DNA from: a virus
Taxonomy: Duplodnaviria > Caudoviricetes
DNA: 59,872 nucleotides
IMG/VR virus record: IMGVR_UViG_3300024231_000697
Coordinates: 1-59,872 of that record
Strand: one strand, 5' to 3'
A program made the translations under genes and the position numbers. Below, one piece after another: positions 46,717 to 57,535 of this stretch (positions are counted from its first letter, which is position 1; each line of letters starts with the position of its first letter). The notes beneath the pieces were generated by a model that was given only the letters and a program-made list of their open reading frames with translations, did no database searches and was not told the origin of the DNA.

Positions 46717-47284
46717 AGCCGTGTTCTGCTACTAATTCTAAATTCTTCTCGTGGTAGGCTTTAATACTAGATGTTAAATCTGCTAAACTAATATCAGACT
46801 CAAAGAAATCAATTAGTAATTGTAACGTAACTGGATTACGAAGTATGAATATATCATCATACTCTAATGATATATCTGTATGCTTGATATCTTCTTGCGC
46901 AATTTCTTTTGGATTTGCAACACCATGTATTAACGACATTATTCTATCTCCACGATAGTGATAATTAAAGTTGTTGTTTAATAAAGTTTTAAGGGCTCCT
47001 AGTAAAACTACAAAACTATTTGTCTTTGAGGAATTAACATTGATGCCAATAGACTGGTATTGCTTTAAGTATTCATAATCTTCATACCATTCCCATTCAT
47101 GCATTGTACATATTTTTTTACATCGTTCTATACTAACTTCTTTATCTCGATCGTAAATATAGTCGCGACCATCAACTTTTCCAAAGTATTCATTATTACG
47201 TTCTATCCAGTCATATGTAGGGTCTAACATAAATGAAAGGAATTGCCCACTTGCTCCACCTTGGTATACAAGTAACTTAGTCAT
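46712..47284 (-). CDS. Hypothetical protein, possibly degenerate sulfotransferase/P-loop fold
   Basis: LLVYQGGASGQFLSFML N-terminus; LEYDDIF. Confidence 0.4.
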   Translation of the reverse strand: MTKLLVYQGGASGQFLSFMLDPTYDWIERNNEYFGKVDGRDYIYDRDKEVSIERCKKICTMHEWEWYEDYEYLKQYQSIGINVNSSKTNSFVVLLGALKTLLNNNFNYHYRGDRIMSLIHGVANPKEIAQEDIKHTDISLEYDDIFILRNPVTLQLLIDFFESDISLADLTSSIKAYHEKNLELVAEHGL

Positions 47285-48506
47285 TTTTTATAAACTTTGA
47301 AAACTCTGGAGCAATCTCTAATAGATTGCCTTTTTGTAATTCGTCTGTTTTTATATTAAAGTCAACAAACTCTTTCCATCGCTTTTCATACCAATCTTCA
47401 GCCCACATATATTTAATTGTGTCTGCCACTTTTGGTATATGCAAATAAGGCTGTAAGCGTTCTTCTGCCAGTTGTTTTAATTCAGATGGAAGTGTTCTAA
47501 TATTCATACTTTCTGGATGATTAAGTATATTTAAATAAATTTGATCATCAGTAATACCTTTACTAGCAATCCAATCAAATAAATCTGACATAGCACACAT
47601 ATTTAAAACTTGTACTGTGCAATGAATTTGTATATTTACATTTGGTAATGCGTTTAGTTTATCAAATGTTTGTTCTACTTTACCCCAATTACTTGGATAA
47701 CGTATATATCTATCTCTCTCGCCGGTTGCATCAATACTACAATTTAATTGTACTCTCTTAAAGTGACTCCAATAGTCAATCATCTTTTGTGGAACATTTG
47801 TTAAGTTAGTATTATACTTTAGTTTGATGCCACTTGCTAAATCATTCTCAATGCAATAGTCAAATAATGCATACTGTGATGTTGCTAGTGTAGGCTCACC
47901 ACCTGTTAAATATATCTCTTCAATAGTATGAGCAATTTCAACAAACGTGGTTGCAGTTTGTTTACGATCTGGCCATTGTTGCATTACTTCCAAGTGATCA
48001 AATTCTTCTTGTGTTAATGGATCATTTGGTACTAGTTCTGCTGTATCAACAACTTTGTTCCAATCCTTAACCCACATACTACTGCTCCATGGATTGCACA
48101 TACGACATTTTAAGTTACATAAATTGCCCAATCGTAAATCTACGTATCGTACATCTACAGGAATTTCTTCTGCAATTTTAACACTATCTTTAAGCCATTT
48201 TTCATTATACCCAATACGAGGGCTACGTATACCTGCATCTTCTTCACGGAAACATCTTTGACATGTTTCTGGACGTTCGCCATTTATAAACTGTTTGCGA
48301 ATCTCTTTGTAATGATTGCTATTCCAAACATCGTCTATATCATCTTTGTAAATGCGATAACTTTTTGTTGGATCGTCATCACGCATAATTTTATTATTTT
48401 TTGGATTACTATTACAACATACTCTATAGCCACCGCCTGGATTGACTGCTACATGCATAAAAGGTAATACACAAAAGGTATCACTTGGTAAATCTTTACT
48501 CATCAA
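47277..48506 (-). CDS. Radical SAM protein type A (close paralog of 20541-21719)
   Basis: CVLPF...RVCC...CQRC then CNLKCRMC, TGGEP, YIRYPSNW. Confidence 0.9.
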   Translation of the reverse strand: MMSKDLPSDTFCVLPFMHVAVNPGGGYRVCCNSNPKNNKIMRDDDPTKSYRIYKDDIDDVWNSNHYKEIRKQFINGERPETCQRCFREEDAGIRSPRIGYNEKWLKDSVKIAEEIPVDVRYVDLRLGNLCNLKCRMCNPWSSSMWVKDWNKVVDTAELVPNDPLTQEEFDHLEVMQQWPDRKQTATTFVEIAHTIEEIYLTGGEPTLATSQYALFDYCIENDLASGIKLKYNTNLTNVPQKMIDYWSHFKRVQLNCSIDATGERDRYIRYPSNWGKVEQTFDKLNALPNVNIQIHCTVQVLNMCAMSDLFDWIASKGITDDQIYLNILNHPESMNIRTLPSELKQLAEERLQPYLHIPKVADTIKYMWAEDWYEKRWKEFVDFNIKTDELQKGNLLEIAPEFSKFIKND

Positions 48507-49551
48507 ATAATTCCGGGCATTCTTGCTTCATATCTGTTCCATATATTTTATCTAATGCTGACATATAGTCAACTAATTTTTTAAAGTTTTCTTCTTTATA
48601 TACAACGTCAGTTGATATATTTAACTTTTCTCTTACACTAGGATGTAAACTACTGTAGTTCATAAACTCAGGTTCTTTTAGTTGCCAATCTGTAGTGTTA
48701 TGTATATCAAGTCCATGATTGTTTGCCCATTCCTCTGTTTCATAAAACACCGCAGCATTTAGAGTTTGTGGCAAATACGTTATGCATATTTCTATGTCTA
48801 AATCTCTTTTCTTAATATTATTTATAAAGTCCTCAATATTGCTCCATTTACTGTATGGACGTATATATTCATATCTACTCCCAATGCCATCAACACTTAT
48901 ATCAATTTGGACTTCTCTATATTTACTAAAAATTTCAAACCATTCATCATCTAAAGTAACTTGCCCGTTTGATATAAATTTTAATTCAGTTGAAGAACTT
49001 GCTCCTGATTCTATTGCGTACTTACATACCTCTTTTGTATGTTTTACTAAAAAAGGCTCCCCTCCAGTAAACTTTAAATACTTAACTTTGTCAAGATTAT
49101 TTTTAACTTCACTTAAAAATTTATTATGCCAGCTAAATGGACTAGTTAATGGCTTTATAGGATCCCAATGTTTTTCAAGATTTGCATCTTTGTTAGCTTT
49201 TACTACTTTATCCCATGTACTACTAGATTTTGGAGTACACATTCTACAACTTAAATTACATGTGTTTGTAATTTTAAGATCAAATATAGTTTTTTCATCT
49301 CCAGGAACATGATATTTTGCTCTAGAGGTTCGTGGACTTGATCCATTATGAAGTTCATCTAGTCTACAGTACTCGCACTCTTTTGCCCATCCTGTTTCCA
49401 TTGTTTCTTTTAGTTCTGGAAAGCTATTTTTCCAATTAAACTCATCATAATCTTTATTACTATTGTCGCTCGGACGAATATAACAGCAAGGTCTTACAGT
49501 TCCTCCTGTTCCTATTGTAATCCCATTATCTAGGTAGGCACACTTAGGCAT
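48496..49551 (-). CDS. Radical SAM protein type A
   Basis: CAYL...RPCC...CEYC then CNLSCRMC, TGGEP. Confidence 0.9.
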   Translation of the reverse strand: MPKCAYLDNGITIGTGGTVRPCCYIRPSDNSNKDYDEFNWKNSFPELKETMETGWAKECEYCRLDELHNGSSPRTSRAKYHVPGDEKTIFDLKITNTCNLSCRMCTPKSSSTWDKVVKANKDANLEKHWDPIKPLTSPFSWHNKFLSEVKNNLDKVKYLKFTGGEPFLVKHTKEVCKYAIESGASSSTELKFISNGQVTLDDEWFEIFSKYREVQIDISVDGIGSRYEYIRPYSKWSNIEDFINNIKKRDLDIEICITYLPQTLNAAVFYETEEWANNHGLDIHNTTDWQLKEPEFMNYSSLHPSVREKLNISTDVVYKEENFKKLVDYMSALDKIYGTDMKQECPELFDE

Positions 49552-49578
49552 TTATAAATCTCCTATTCTTAAGACTAT

Positions 49579-50559
49579 TTATGTATCTAGAAACTTCTCG
49601 TAATTGGTATTATGTATACTATCAATGGTTTTTAGATGTTTTATTAATTGTGCGGCAAGTACTGGATTTTCAAGCACATTAGGACTCATGAATTCTGGAT
49701 CATAACATGTACCACATGACGACCAAAATATACCATGTTCAGCACACCAGTCAACAACTTCATGCACGTGATCTTTATTAAGTATCTGGTGTAAACTGTT
49801 AACCCTAACCTCCATATTTGTACCTATGGTTGCAGCATGTAATGCTAGTACATTTGTTTCAACTTCATTCCATTTAGCATTCTGTCTGATGTATTCATAT
49901 CGTTCGCCAATTGCATCCAAACTTATATTAAACGATACTTCACTAAAATGCTTTAATGTACTTAACTTATCTTCTAAATTTATGGTTCCGTTAGTGGTAA
50001 AATGTAGTTGTACATCTTTAGCAATATCGTTATCCACCATATACTGTACCATTTTCCAAACTTGTGGTATCATAAATGGTTCGCCACCAGTAAACTTAAC
50101 CACTTCTGCATATGCTAAATTTGGAAATACTATATCAAAATCACGATGCCATTTTTCTTTTGGTGCTTTGCCATATGCATCCATAAAGTCTTTGGGTAAA
50201 TTATTTTCTTTGGTAATTTTTTGCCAAGTACTACTGCTCCAACTGTCACACATTTTACAAGCAAGGTTGCAGGTATTGTTAATCTTTAAATCCCACCAAG
50301 CAATACCGTCACCGCAATCAGCTAGTTTTTTATTATAGTGGTCGCTCCAAGGTATACCGTCTTCTTCTTGTTTGAGTTTACATTCTATACAACCAGGAAG
50401 CCAGTCACCACTTGCACTTAGTTGTCCTAGTCTTTTGTGTTCTGATTTCCAATCATCATTAAATCTTAAAGGTTTTTCGTCACGATAATGACAACATGGG
50501 CGCACTATTCCATTAGGACCAATAGTTAGTCCATGATCAAACATTACGCAATATGGCAT
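49579..50559 (-). CDS. Radical SAM protein type A
   Basis: CVMF...RPCC...CIEC then CNLACKMC, TGGEP, TTNG. Confidence 0.9.
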   Translation of the reverse strand: MPYCVMFDHGLTIGPNGIVRPCCHYRDEKPLRFNDDWKSEHKRLGQLSASGDWLPGCIECKLKQEEDGIPWSDHYNKKLADCGDGIAWWDLKINNTCNLACKMCDSWSSSTWQKITKENNLPKDFMDAYGKAPKEKWHRDFDIVFPNLAYAEVVKFTGGEPFMIPQVWKMVQYMVDNDIAKDVQLHFTTNGTINLEDKLSTLKHFSEVSFNISLDAIGERYEYIRQNAKWNEVETNVLALHAATIGTNMEVRVNSLHQILNKDHVHEVVDWCAEHGIFWSSCGTCYDPEFMSPNVLENPVLAAQLIKHLKTIDSIHNTNYEKFLDT

Positions 50560-51320
50560 TAACAGTGCAATCCCATACTTTTGCCGTATCCGTATCTTGC
50601 TTTCTCTTTTAATAAGTCACTTTGGTCCCCATCAAATATCATGTGTATACGTGGTTCATCGCTGCGATTCCAAACTGCATGCTCGTATCCTGTGTTAATT
50701 TTAAATGCACTACCTGGTGTGTAAGGCAATTCGCCCCAACCACCCATCACTAGTTTACATCCGTCAGGATTGTTAACTGCTACATTAGTTGCACCAACTC
50801 CTGTAATTCTTGGCCTATCAGTATGTGGTGCTAGCCAACCGCCTGGCAATACTGCCATAAAGCGCACACGGGTAAATACGTCATATAGTTTACTATCCAT
50901 CATCCATTCTTTAGTACGTGGTGCAAATTTAGCTATGTCAGTCCAGTCACTTAAATCACGTTCTGCACTATCTGGTAAATTATAATCTTCTGGTACATTA
51001 GTATGTACACTACTCATACCATACATACATAAACTTAGCCAACCACTACTGTTTGGTCGATGCAATGTATAACAACTGGTGTACAATAAATGATTTGCTT
51101 CCTCAAAGATTTCTTCATGTGGCATGTCATCTATGCCTAAATCAATCCAAGGTAGTTTTGTTTTGTCTAATATTTCGTCTAGCTCGTCCTGTGCATCAGC
51201 CCATAAGTAGGCACTATCAACACCCTCAAACATAGGAGTAATATCTTCATTTGCTTCAAAAAACTCTTGAGTTTCTCTATTGGGTTCTTCCCAAGTAAGT
51301 TGTTTTCCTTCGTACCACAT
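50559..51320 (-). CDS. 2OG-Fe(II) oxygenase, Asp/Asn beta-hydroxylase-like
   Basis: RVRFM..PGG...HTD...H(AVWN)..PRIH facial triad pattern. Confidence 0.8.
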   Translation of the reverse strand: MWYEGKQLTWEEPNRETQEFFEANEDITPMFEGVDSAYLWADAQDELDEILDKTKLPWIDLGIDDMPHEEIFEEANHLLYTSCYTLHRPNSSGWLSLCMYGMSSVHTNVPEDYNLPDSAERDLSDWTDIAKFAPRTKEWMMDSKLYDVFTRVRFMAVLPGGWLAPHTDRPRITGVGATNVAVNNPDGCKLVMGGWGELPYTPGSAFKINTGYEHAVWNRSDEPRIHMIFDGDQSDLLKEKARYGYGKSMGLHC

Positions 51321-52745
51321 TTATAATATTCCTGGTAATGATCTGATATTGTGATAACTGTGATAAAAACCATGCGGAGTATCGCCAGTTAAATATACAT
51401 CTTTATTGTTTATTAATAATTCGTTTACTAAGTTTAAAAAAGCAGCCTGTGCTTGAAACGCATGAGTATTTATATAGTTAATTTCATAAGACCATATATT
51501 ACTAATTTGTAAAAATACACGATTGTCTTTCCCTACTTCTTCTACTAGCGTATTCCAATTTTTAACAATGTCAATATTTAAAAATACATGTTCTAGATTT
51601 CTAATATGATTCCAGTGTTCTAACCATTGCTCTTGGCTATCATAGCTGTCTATAAACTCGCCAACTAAGTCTACATCGTAAATAATACAATCTTGTCTGT
51701 GGAAGCCATTGTCCATAATTGTATGTATGTTATCTTCAACAAACTTCTCAAAGTTGGTACCATCCCAGTTATTTAAAACAAACTTAGTCCATTCAGTTGC
51801 ATACCAACTAAAGTCACTCCAGATAACTTTCTTTAAATTATCTCCAGCATTTGTCATATGTCTAAATTGATGCAATCCACTACACGGCGCAATTATAACA
51901 TCAACTGGCAAATCTGTTTCTTCTGGTACATCTTCTGTGTTTGTTATATACATGACATGACTATCCATAACTTTGAATCCATACATTTCACGTTTGTCTT
52001 CAGGAACCTCGTCATAATAAAACTGTGTAAGAAATTCTTTATCCTGTTTATTCCAATCTACATCCAACATCCACATTTTGGTTTGCTCAATATCATCTTC
52101 TGGATAACAACAATATTTTTCATTTCTAATATCGTAAGATAAATTTCTTACAACACAATTATTAGCAAGTGATATTGCAATTAATGCGTCAAATTCATCT
52201 CCTGCAAAATCCAATCCACCTAATGTTTTTCCTGTAGGAGTTAAGTACATTGGAGTATATTCGTCATGAAAGTTTTCTTCACTTGGAATAAATCCAGGAT
52301 AAAAATCATTCCACTCGAATTCTGGATAGTCAATCTCTGCCCATTTTTTTAAATTTAATACCACGCATTGTTTGTGCCATTCTGGTGCTTGTGCGCTAAT
52401 AAGTCTGTCAATAATATGTCCCGCACAAAACCAATCGTCCCATGTAGATACTTCTTTGAGTAACTCATCATCAAATTCAGCAGTCATTGGCCAAGTACCA
52501 TCAAACCATAATACTGCCATTTCAAAATTCATATCTGCTAATTGTCGTAGTGTAGAATATCCATCATCTGTCCAACTAGTAGTGTTTACTACTGCGTGTT
52601 GTGTAGAGTTTGTTAGATTAATTGACATGCACTTTTTTAATTTACTAGCATACTCATGTTCATTTTTAATCTCATCTACTAATATTTCACCAAATATACA
52701 ATGTGCTATTTGATTTTTAGATCCAAGTTTGATGTATGTATTCAT
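51321..52745 (-). CDS. Hypothetical two-domain protein (possible GT-A/GT8-like N-terminus), paralog of 52742-54196
   Basis: AVLWFDGTWP; CVVLNLKKW; ITNTE; ISNIWSY. Confidence 0.45.
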   Translation of the reverse strand: MNTYIKLGSKNQIAHCIFGEILVDEIKNEHEYASKLKKCMSINLTNSTQHAVVNTTSWTDDGYSTLRQLADMNFEMAVLWFDGTWPMTAEFDDELLKEVSTWDDWFCAGHIIDRLISAQAPEWHKQCVVLNLKKWAEIDYPEFEWNDFYPGFIPSEENFHDEYTPMYLTPTGKTLGGLDFAGDEFDALIAISLANNCVVRNLSYDIRNEKYCCYPEDDIEQTKMWMLDVDWNKQDKEFLTQFYYDEVPEDKREMYGFKVMDSHVMYITNTEDVPEETDLPVDVIIAPCSGLHQFRHMTNAGDNLKKVIWSDFSWYATEWTKFVLNNWDGTNFEKFVEDNIHTIMDNGFHRQDCIIYDVDLVGEFIDSYDSQEQWLEHWNHIRNLEHVFLNIDIVKNWNTLVEEVGKDNRVFLQISNIWSYEINYINTHAFQAQAAFLNLVNELLINNKDVYLTGDTPHGFYHSYHNIRSLPGIL

Positions 52746-54196
52746 TCTTCTAATCCTATAACTAGGTTATTAGTTGCACTGCCAATTACTCTGGCAGGAC
52801 ACATTAAATCAGCATCATTAACATCAGTACCAGCATACCAACTTTCATTATTAGTCTGTTGTATACGCTCTATCATATTCATAAAGCTACGCTCTAACAC
52901 AAACGGCTTGGCTAGTATTTTAGGAATAATATAACTGTAAATGTTACTAGCCCAGAAGAATGTTTTAACATCATGTAGTTTTACAAATAACTCATCTTGT
53001 CCATTGATTAAGTCTGCCTGTACTACTGTGTGATCACAAAAGCTAATTTGTGTCCAGAAGTCTTGCCAACTAGATTGCCCTCCAAATTGGTCTATTACAT
53101 TTGGCCATCTTTCAACAGTTAAGTCTAACAAATCTTTGTTAGCATCTGGATTACGTTCACACCATGCTTTTACCCAACCTGGATAGTCTTCACCATCCCA
53201 CATCTTAAGTGTTTCTCTTTTAAATTTTACACTATCTTCATCAAAGTCATACCAGACAAATCTAGTCATACCTGGGTTTACTCCATACTTGTATGCATAG
53301 TATAATAATTTAAATCCTGCTGTTGCTCCTACGTACTGATCAAACACTGTATCTTCAAGTAAACTACTTGTTGTAGGCGCACTGGGTTCAGTATTAATAA
53401 AGTAAATTGGACTACCAGGCAAGTTAATATTTTCCAATAATTTTTTACCTTGATAACTAACCTCTGTTGGATCATGAAACTCGCCACTTAGTCCTCGTTC
53501 AAGTTCATCTGTACCAAGCCAAGGTTTAATTAATGTTACACTATCCATTAAGTCATCACTAATGCCCCACACTCTCATATTACGTAGTAAACTGTATTGT
53601 ATCCAACTTGTAGCGAACGTATTCTGATGTATGTAATTTACTGCTTCTGCACGTTTCCACTTTCCGTTACTAGGGCTTAAACTATATGCACTATCTTCCC
53701 ATCTTTTAGTAACATCTGTTTCCATCCAATCAGGATGTCTTGCTGGTTCCCACAGTGGGCCTACTTGATGTTCCATCCAAGATGCTATGTTAATAATAAC
53801 AAAACTTCTACCAAGATAAGGATACATGTTTGGACGATCACTTATAATTTGACCGGATACCATCCAGTTTGGATCTTCAGCATTATATTTGTCAATCTCA
53901 TTCAATAGTTTGATATTAAAATCTTCACTTGCTGGCCAAGCACCATCAAACCAAACTACTGCATACTTATAGTCCATAGAATTCATTGCAATAATCCAAC
54001 TTGTATCAAACATGTTGTATAAATTTACAATACCGCCTCTAACATGATTATTGCATTCTACATTTTGAATTGTTTGCAATTTTTGTTTTAGTAGTGCGTG
54101 TTGGTTTAGTGCTGGATCTCTATCTAAAAAAGCATGAACTATAGGCCAGCTTTGTTCAGTATGATAGTAACTCCAGTTTTGTTGTCCTTGGATCAT
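52742..54196 (-). CDS. Hypothetical two-domain protein, paralog of 51321-52745
   Basis: AVVWFDGAWP; FVIINIASW; FINTE; ASNIYSY. Confidence 0.45.
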   Translation of the reverse strand: MIQGQQNWSYYHTEQSWPIVHAFLDRDPALNQHALLKQKLQTIQNVECNNHVRGGIVNLYNMFDTSWIIAMNSMDYKYAVVWFDGAWPASEDFNIKLLNEIDKYNAEDPNWMVSGQIISDRPNMYPYLGRSFVIINIASWMEHQVGPLWEPARHPDWMETDVTKRWEDSAYSLSPSNGKWKRAEAVNYIHQNTFATSWIQYSLLRNMRVWGISDDLMDSVTLIKPWLGTDELERGLSGEFHDPTEVSYQGKKLLENINLPGSPIYFINTEPSAPTTSSLLEDTVFDQYVGATAGFKLLYYAYKYGVNPGMTRFVWYDFDEDSVKFKRETLKMWDGEDYPGWVKAWCERNPDANKDLLDLTVERWPNVIDQFGGQSSWQDFWTQISFCDHTVVQADLINGQDELFVKLHDVKTFFWASNIYSYIIPKILAKPFVLERSFMNMIERIQQTNNESWYAGTDVNDADLMCPARVIGSATNNLVIGLEE

Positions 54197-55416
54197 TTAT
54201 TATTCTCTGCTACTATGTCCATTCCTTCTAAACTCATATTTAAATAAGTTTTTACCATGGACTTTAAGGTTGCTTCATTAGGATATCTATTTTCAATATC
54301 ACGAGTGTATTTACGCATACGTGCATATAGCATGTATACTGATGTATTGTTTTCCATGTAAGTTGCAAAGCGATCCATTTCAGGGTGACGCTTCTCTGCT
54401 GATCTTAAATGTGAAATAATACTATTTTTATAGTTGCCCTGCCATACTGCTGGACTTAAATAGTTTGGTGTTTGTAATATGTTTGCTGTAATAAATTTTA
54501 AGTCTACTGGAGACTCTTTCCAGAAGTCATAAAACTCAGGCATCTGGTATACATTATGAGCTTGTACTGTAATTCCTACTGCTAAGTCAATACCATCTAT
54601 TAATGATAATGCTAACATGTTCTCGTAAACTGTATCCCAATCGCCGTCTTGTCTAATGTAGTTATAAACTTCTCCAACGCCATCCATACTTACTTTGATA
54701 TTAACGTGTTTAAACTCACTCCATATTTTAACCAGATCGTACTTCTTAAACTTGATATAACTTAGGTTACTAGCATAGCGCAAACGTATACGCTTCTTGA
54801 TTTCTGTAGGTATACTGTCTAGTAAATCATAATGCTCTTTATTAATGATTGGCTCGCCACCAGTAAACTGTAGGGTATGTACATGATCCCAAAGCTCAGG
54901 CCACTCTGACAAGCTCTCAAATAGCGTTGTAGGGCGTAGTAAGCGTGTCTCGTATCCATCTTTTGTATACTTCTTTATAATATCTAAGTCCGCCACACGT
55001 TTGTATGAACTGTGTGTACTACACATAATGCACTTTAGGTTACAGAAGTTACTAACTTTTAGTTCAATCCAAATAGGAGGATTATCGACTGAGTAGTCAT
55101 CATTCACTTGAATAATATCAGCAAACTCTAACCAGTTGTCTTTTTCCCACTGTAACCTATTACTTACAATCCCGCTGTCCTCATTGTGCCAGCACACTTC
55201 ACAGCGTTCTGGTCTTTCTCCGTTTGCTAGGGATTTTCGTAATTCTTTATAATTTTCGTTGTTCCAAGTTTCAATAGCTGATTCGTTTGGATTGTTAAGA
55301 GGTATTTCTTGTGCCTCACAACACGGCACTAGATCGCCGCCTGCTGTACCATATATATGTACATAGGGTAGCATACAAAATGTATCGCTCTCTTTTAATT
55401 TATTTTTATCAATCAT
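54193..55416 (-). CDS. Radical SAM protein type A
   Basis: CMLPY...VPCC...CEVC then CNLKCIMC, TGGEP. Confidence 0.9.
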   Translation of the reverse strand: MIDKNKLKESDTFCMLPYVHIYGTAGGDLVPCCEAQEIPLNNPNESAIETWNNENYKELRKSLANGERPERCEVCWHNEDSGIVSNRLQWEKDNWLEFADIIQVNDDYSVDNPPIWIELKVSNFCNLKCIMCSTHSSYKRVADLDIIKKYTKDGYETRLLRPTTLFESLSEWPELWDHVHTLQFTGGEPIINKEHYDLLDSIPTEIKKRIRLRYASNLSYIKFKKYDLVKIWSEFKHVNIKVSMDGVGEVYNYIRQDGDWDTVYENMLALSLIDGIDLAVGITVQAHNVYQMPEFYDFWKESPVDLKFITANILQTPNYLSPAVWQGNYKNSIISHLRSAEKRHPEMDRFATYMENNTSVYMLYARMRKYTRDIENRYPNEATLKSMVKTYLNMSLEGMDIVAENNK

Positions 55417-55417
55417 G

Positions 55418-56602
55418 TCAATCCCAATTAATAGACGGTACGTCTAGCTCAACTAAGTCTTTAAACTTTCGCAATTCAGGCCAGCTAGTATCCAGTTGGT
55501 CTCTTATACGTAACACTTGTCTTATATCTTTCATATAATCTGTGCTATTGTCCTCTACTCCATTTGGTTTGCAAATACCATATAATAAGTCTCTTAGGGG
55601 TCGCATTTTACCTGGTTTAATTTGGTCACTAAATTGCATACGTATTGTAAACTCTAGTTTTTTCTTAAACCAATCTGGCCAATGTTGAATACTTAAATAA
55701 TGAGGCTCATAAACTGTTTGCAATATAACGTCAATATCTTTTACTATTTTTGCCCAATATACAAACTCAAACATGTAAGCTGCATTTACTACATTAACTG
55801 TAGTTGCAGTCTTTACAGTTACTTTGCCAGGATATTCTGACCTCATTGCAATCCATTTGTCAAGAGTAGCTTCAACTTGTTCCCATTTGCTAGGTGCTCT
55901 TAACGCATCATTAACACCACCATATGCATCAATACTTGCACTTATGGTAATGTGCTTAAACTGCAACAGTGCATTGTAGTCTGTTTTCTTAGGCCACCAT
56001 GTGCAATTGGTGAAAATTTCTATCTGTATGTTTGGTGCTAGTCCAGCGTCTGCCAATCTTACAACAAAGTTTAAGAATTGGCGATGTAAGAATGGCTCTC
56101 CACCTGTTACCTTAATATAACGTAAATCACGTAGCATGTCAACATTAATATCGTCCAAGTCTAATTCTTGTTTACTTTTTAACTTTTTGATAGTTTCTGC
56201 AGTTTCCATTTTTAATTTAATACTATCGTCGTCCCATGTATGACTAAAATCAGGTCCGCAACTCATACACTTTAAGTTACATAGTCTACCCACTGTAATT
56301 TCCAAATACTCTAGTTTGACGTCATCTGTAAAGTCACTAAAGAACTCATCAGCCTCAGTACGCATACTGCTACCTTTGGTTTCTTCATCTGCTTTACATT
56401 TAAAACAACCTGGATGCCATTCGTTACGCATCATAGTTTCACGTATATCTGCAAAACTTGCATCAAATGTATCCACATGTTGTCTATCTCCTTCCCCAAG
56501 GAACCTGTTGTGAAATCTACAACAAGGTGTGGCATCCACGCCATGCATTAGCATAGCACTTTTAAATGGATATGCACATGCGTTTTTGGGTAATTTACTC
56601 AA
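55418..56602 (-). CDS. Radical SAM protein type A
   Basis: CAYPF...TPCC...CFKC then CNLKCMSC, TGGEP. Start is uncertain; TTG 56602 chosen because it overlaps the upstream stop. Confidence 0.88.
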   Translation of the reverse strand: MSKLPKNACAYPFKSAMLMHGVDATPCCRFHNRFLGEGDRQHVDTFDASFADIRETMMRNEWHPGCFKCKADEETKGSSMRTEADEFFSDFTDDVKLEYLEITVGRLCNLKCMSCGPDFSHTWDDDSIKLKMETAETIKKLKSKQELDLDDINVDMLRDLRYIKVTGGEPFLHRQFLNFVVRLADAGLAPNIQIEIFTNCTWWPKKTDYNALLQFKHITISASIDAYGGVNDALRAPSKWEQVEATLDKWIAMRSEYPGKVTVKTATTVNVVNAAYMFEFVYWAKIVKDIDVILQTVYEPHYLSIQHWPDWFKKKLEFTIRMQFSDQIKPGKMRPLRDLLYGICKPNGVEDNSTDYMKDIRQVLRIRDQLDTSWPELRKFKDLVELDVPSINWD

Positions 56603-57533
56603 GGAATTTGCCTTTGTTTTTATAACGCTTAACAGCATTACGGATATTAACACGATGGTATTTTTTATCTCTATTAAACATGCTCCATTCTTCTGTCATA
56701 GGAGCGGTAGCAATATGTACTGTGTTACTTGGTTCAAGTCCATAATGTTCACACACGGCATCATGTGCTTCTTTATATTTCTTTGGTACTGTGTCTGGAC
56801 TAAAGTGTTCAAACAAGAAGTTTGCAATCATAACATTTAAATGTATACCATGGTTCCATTCAGTTTGTACACTTAAACTACCTTCGTCAATACGACTAAA
56901 CACGATACCTGCACGCCAGTTACCACAGCTAAGTCCTTTGGTTGTACTAAATGCAGCCATTGTGATACATGGTTGATCTAAGTCAACTTCAATTCCATGA
57001 CATGTTCCAAACCAAGCAAGATCAACAAATACTGGTATTTCTAATTCGTTACACTTGCCAATAATTCTATCCCACTCATCATGCTTTCTACCAGTACCAC
57101 TAAATGGTAAACTAATAATTAATGCATCACCCTTTGCTAATGGAGTTTCTTCAACATAACGTTTGTGATGCCACTCGCCTTCAAGTAATACATCACGGTT
57201 ATAAGGATATTCTCCGCGGTACATACGCAAATTATATCCATTAGCCATACAATAATAATGCCACCAATCAAGTCCTTGTGTTGTTCCCAAACTTACAAAT
57301 TTATGTGGAAAACTTTCTAAGCCAGTAATACTATTCATTTTACTACTAGTAATCCATTTTGGATATACGTCTAAAAACTTAGTAGCCGCATCACTAATAC
57401 CTTCAATACTCATTTCTGGACCAAAGAATTCGCTTTCCAATTTATCATAAAATGGTTGGTTCCATATACTATTGCCGTGATTTGCAAAGTCTTCGTTTTT
57501 AATTACTTGATTCTTGGGTGGTTTTTTAGCCAT
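56595..57533 (-). CDS. PLP-dependent fold-type I enzyme (aminotransferase/decarboxylase-like)
   Basis: GTTQG, FVDLAW, FSTTKGL...RAG (SxxK...RxG). Confidence 0.7.
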   Translation of the reverse strand: MAKKPPKNQVIKNEDFANHGNSIWNQPFYDKLESEFFGPEMSIEGISDAATKFLDVYPKWITSSKMNSITGLESFPHKFVSLGTTQGLDWWHYYCMANGYNLRMYRGEYPYNRDVLLEGEWHHKRYVEETPLAKGDALIISLPFSGTGRKHDEWDRIIGKCNELEIPVFVDLAWFGTCHGIEVDLDQPCITMAAFSTTKGLSCGNWRAGIVFSRIDEGSLSVQTEWNHGIHLNVMIANFLFEHFSPDTVPKKYKEAHDAVCEHYGLEPSNTVHIATAPMTEEWSMFNRDKKYHRVNIRNAVKRYKNKGKFLE

Positions 57534-57535
57534 TA

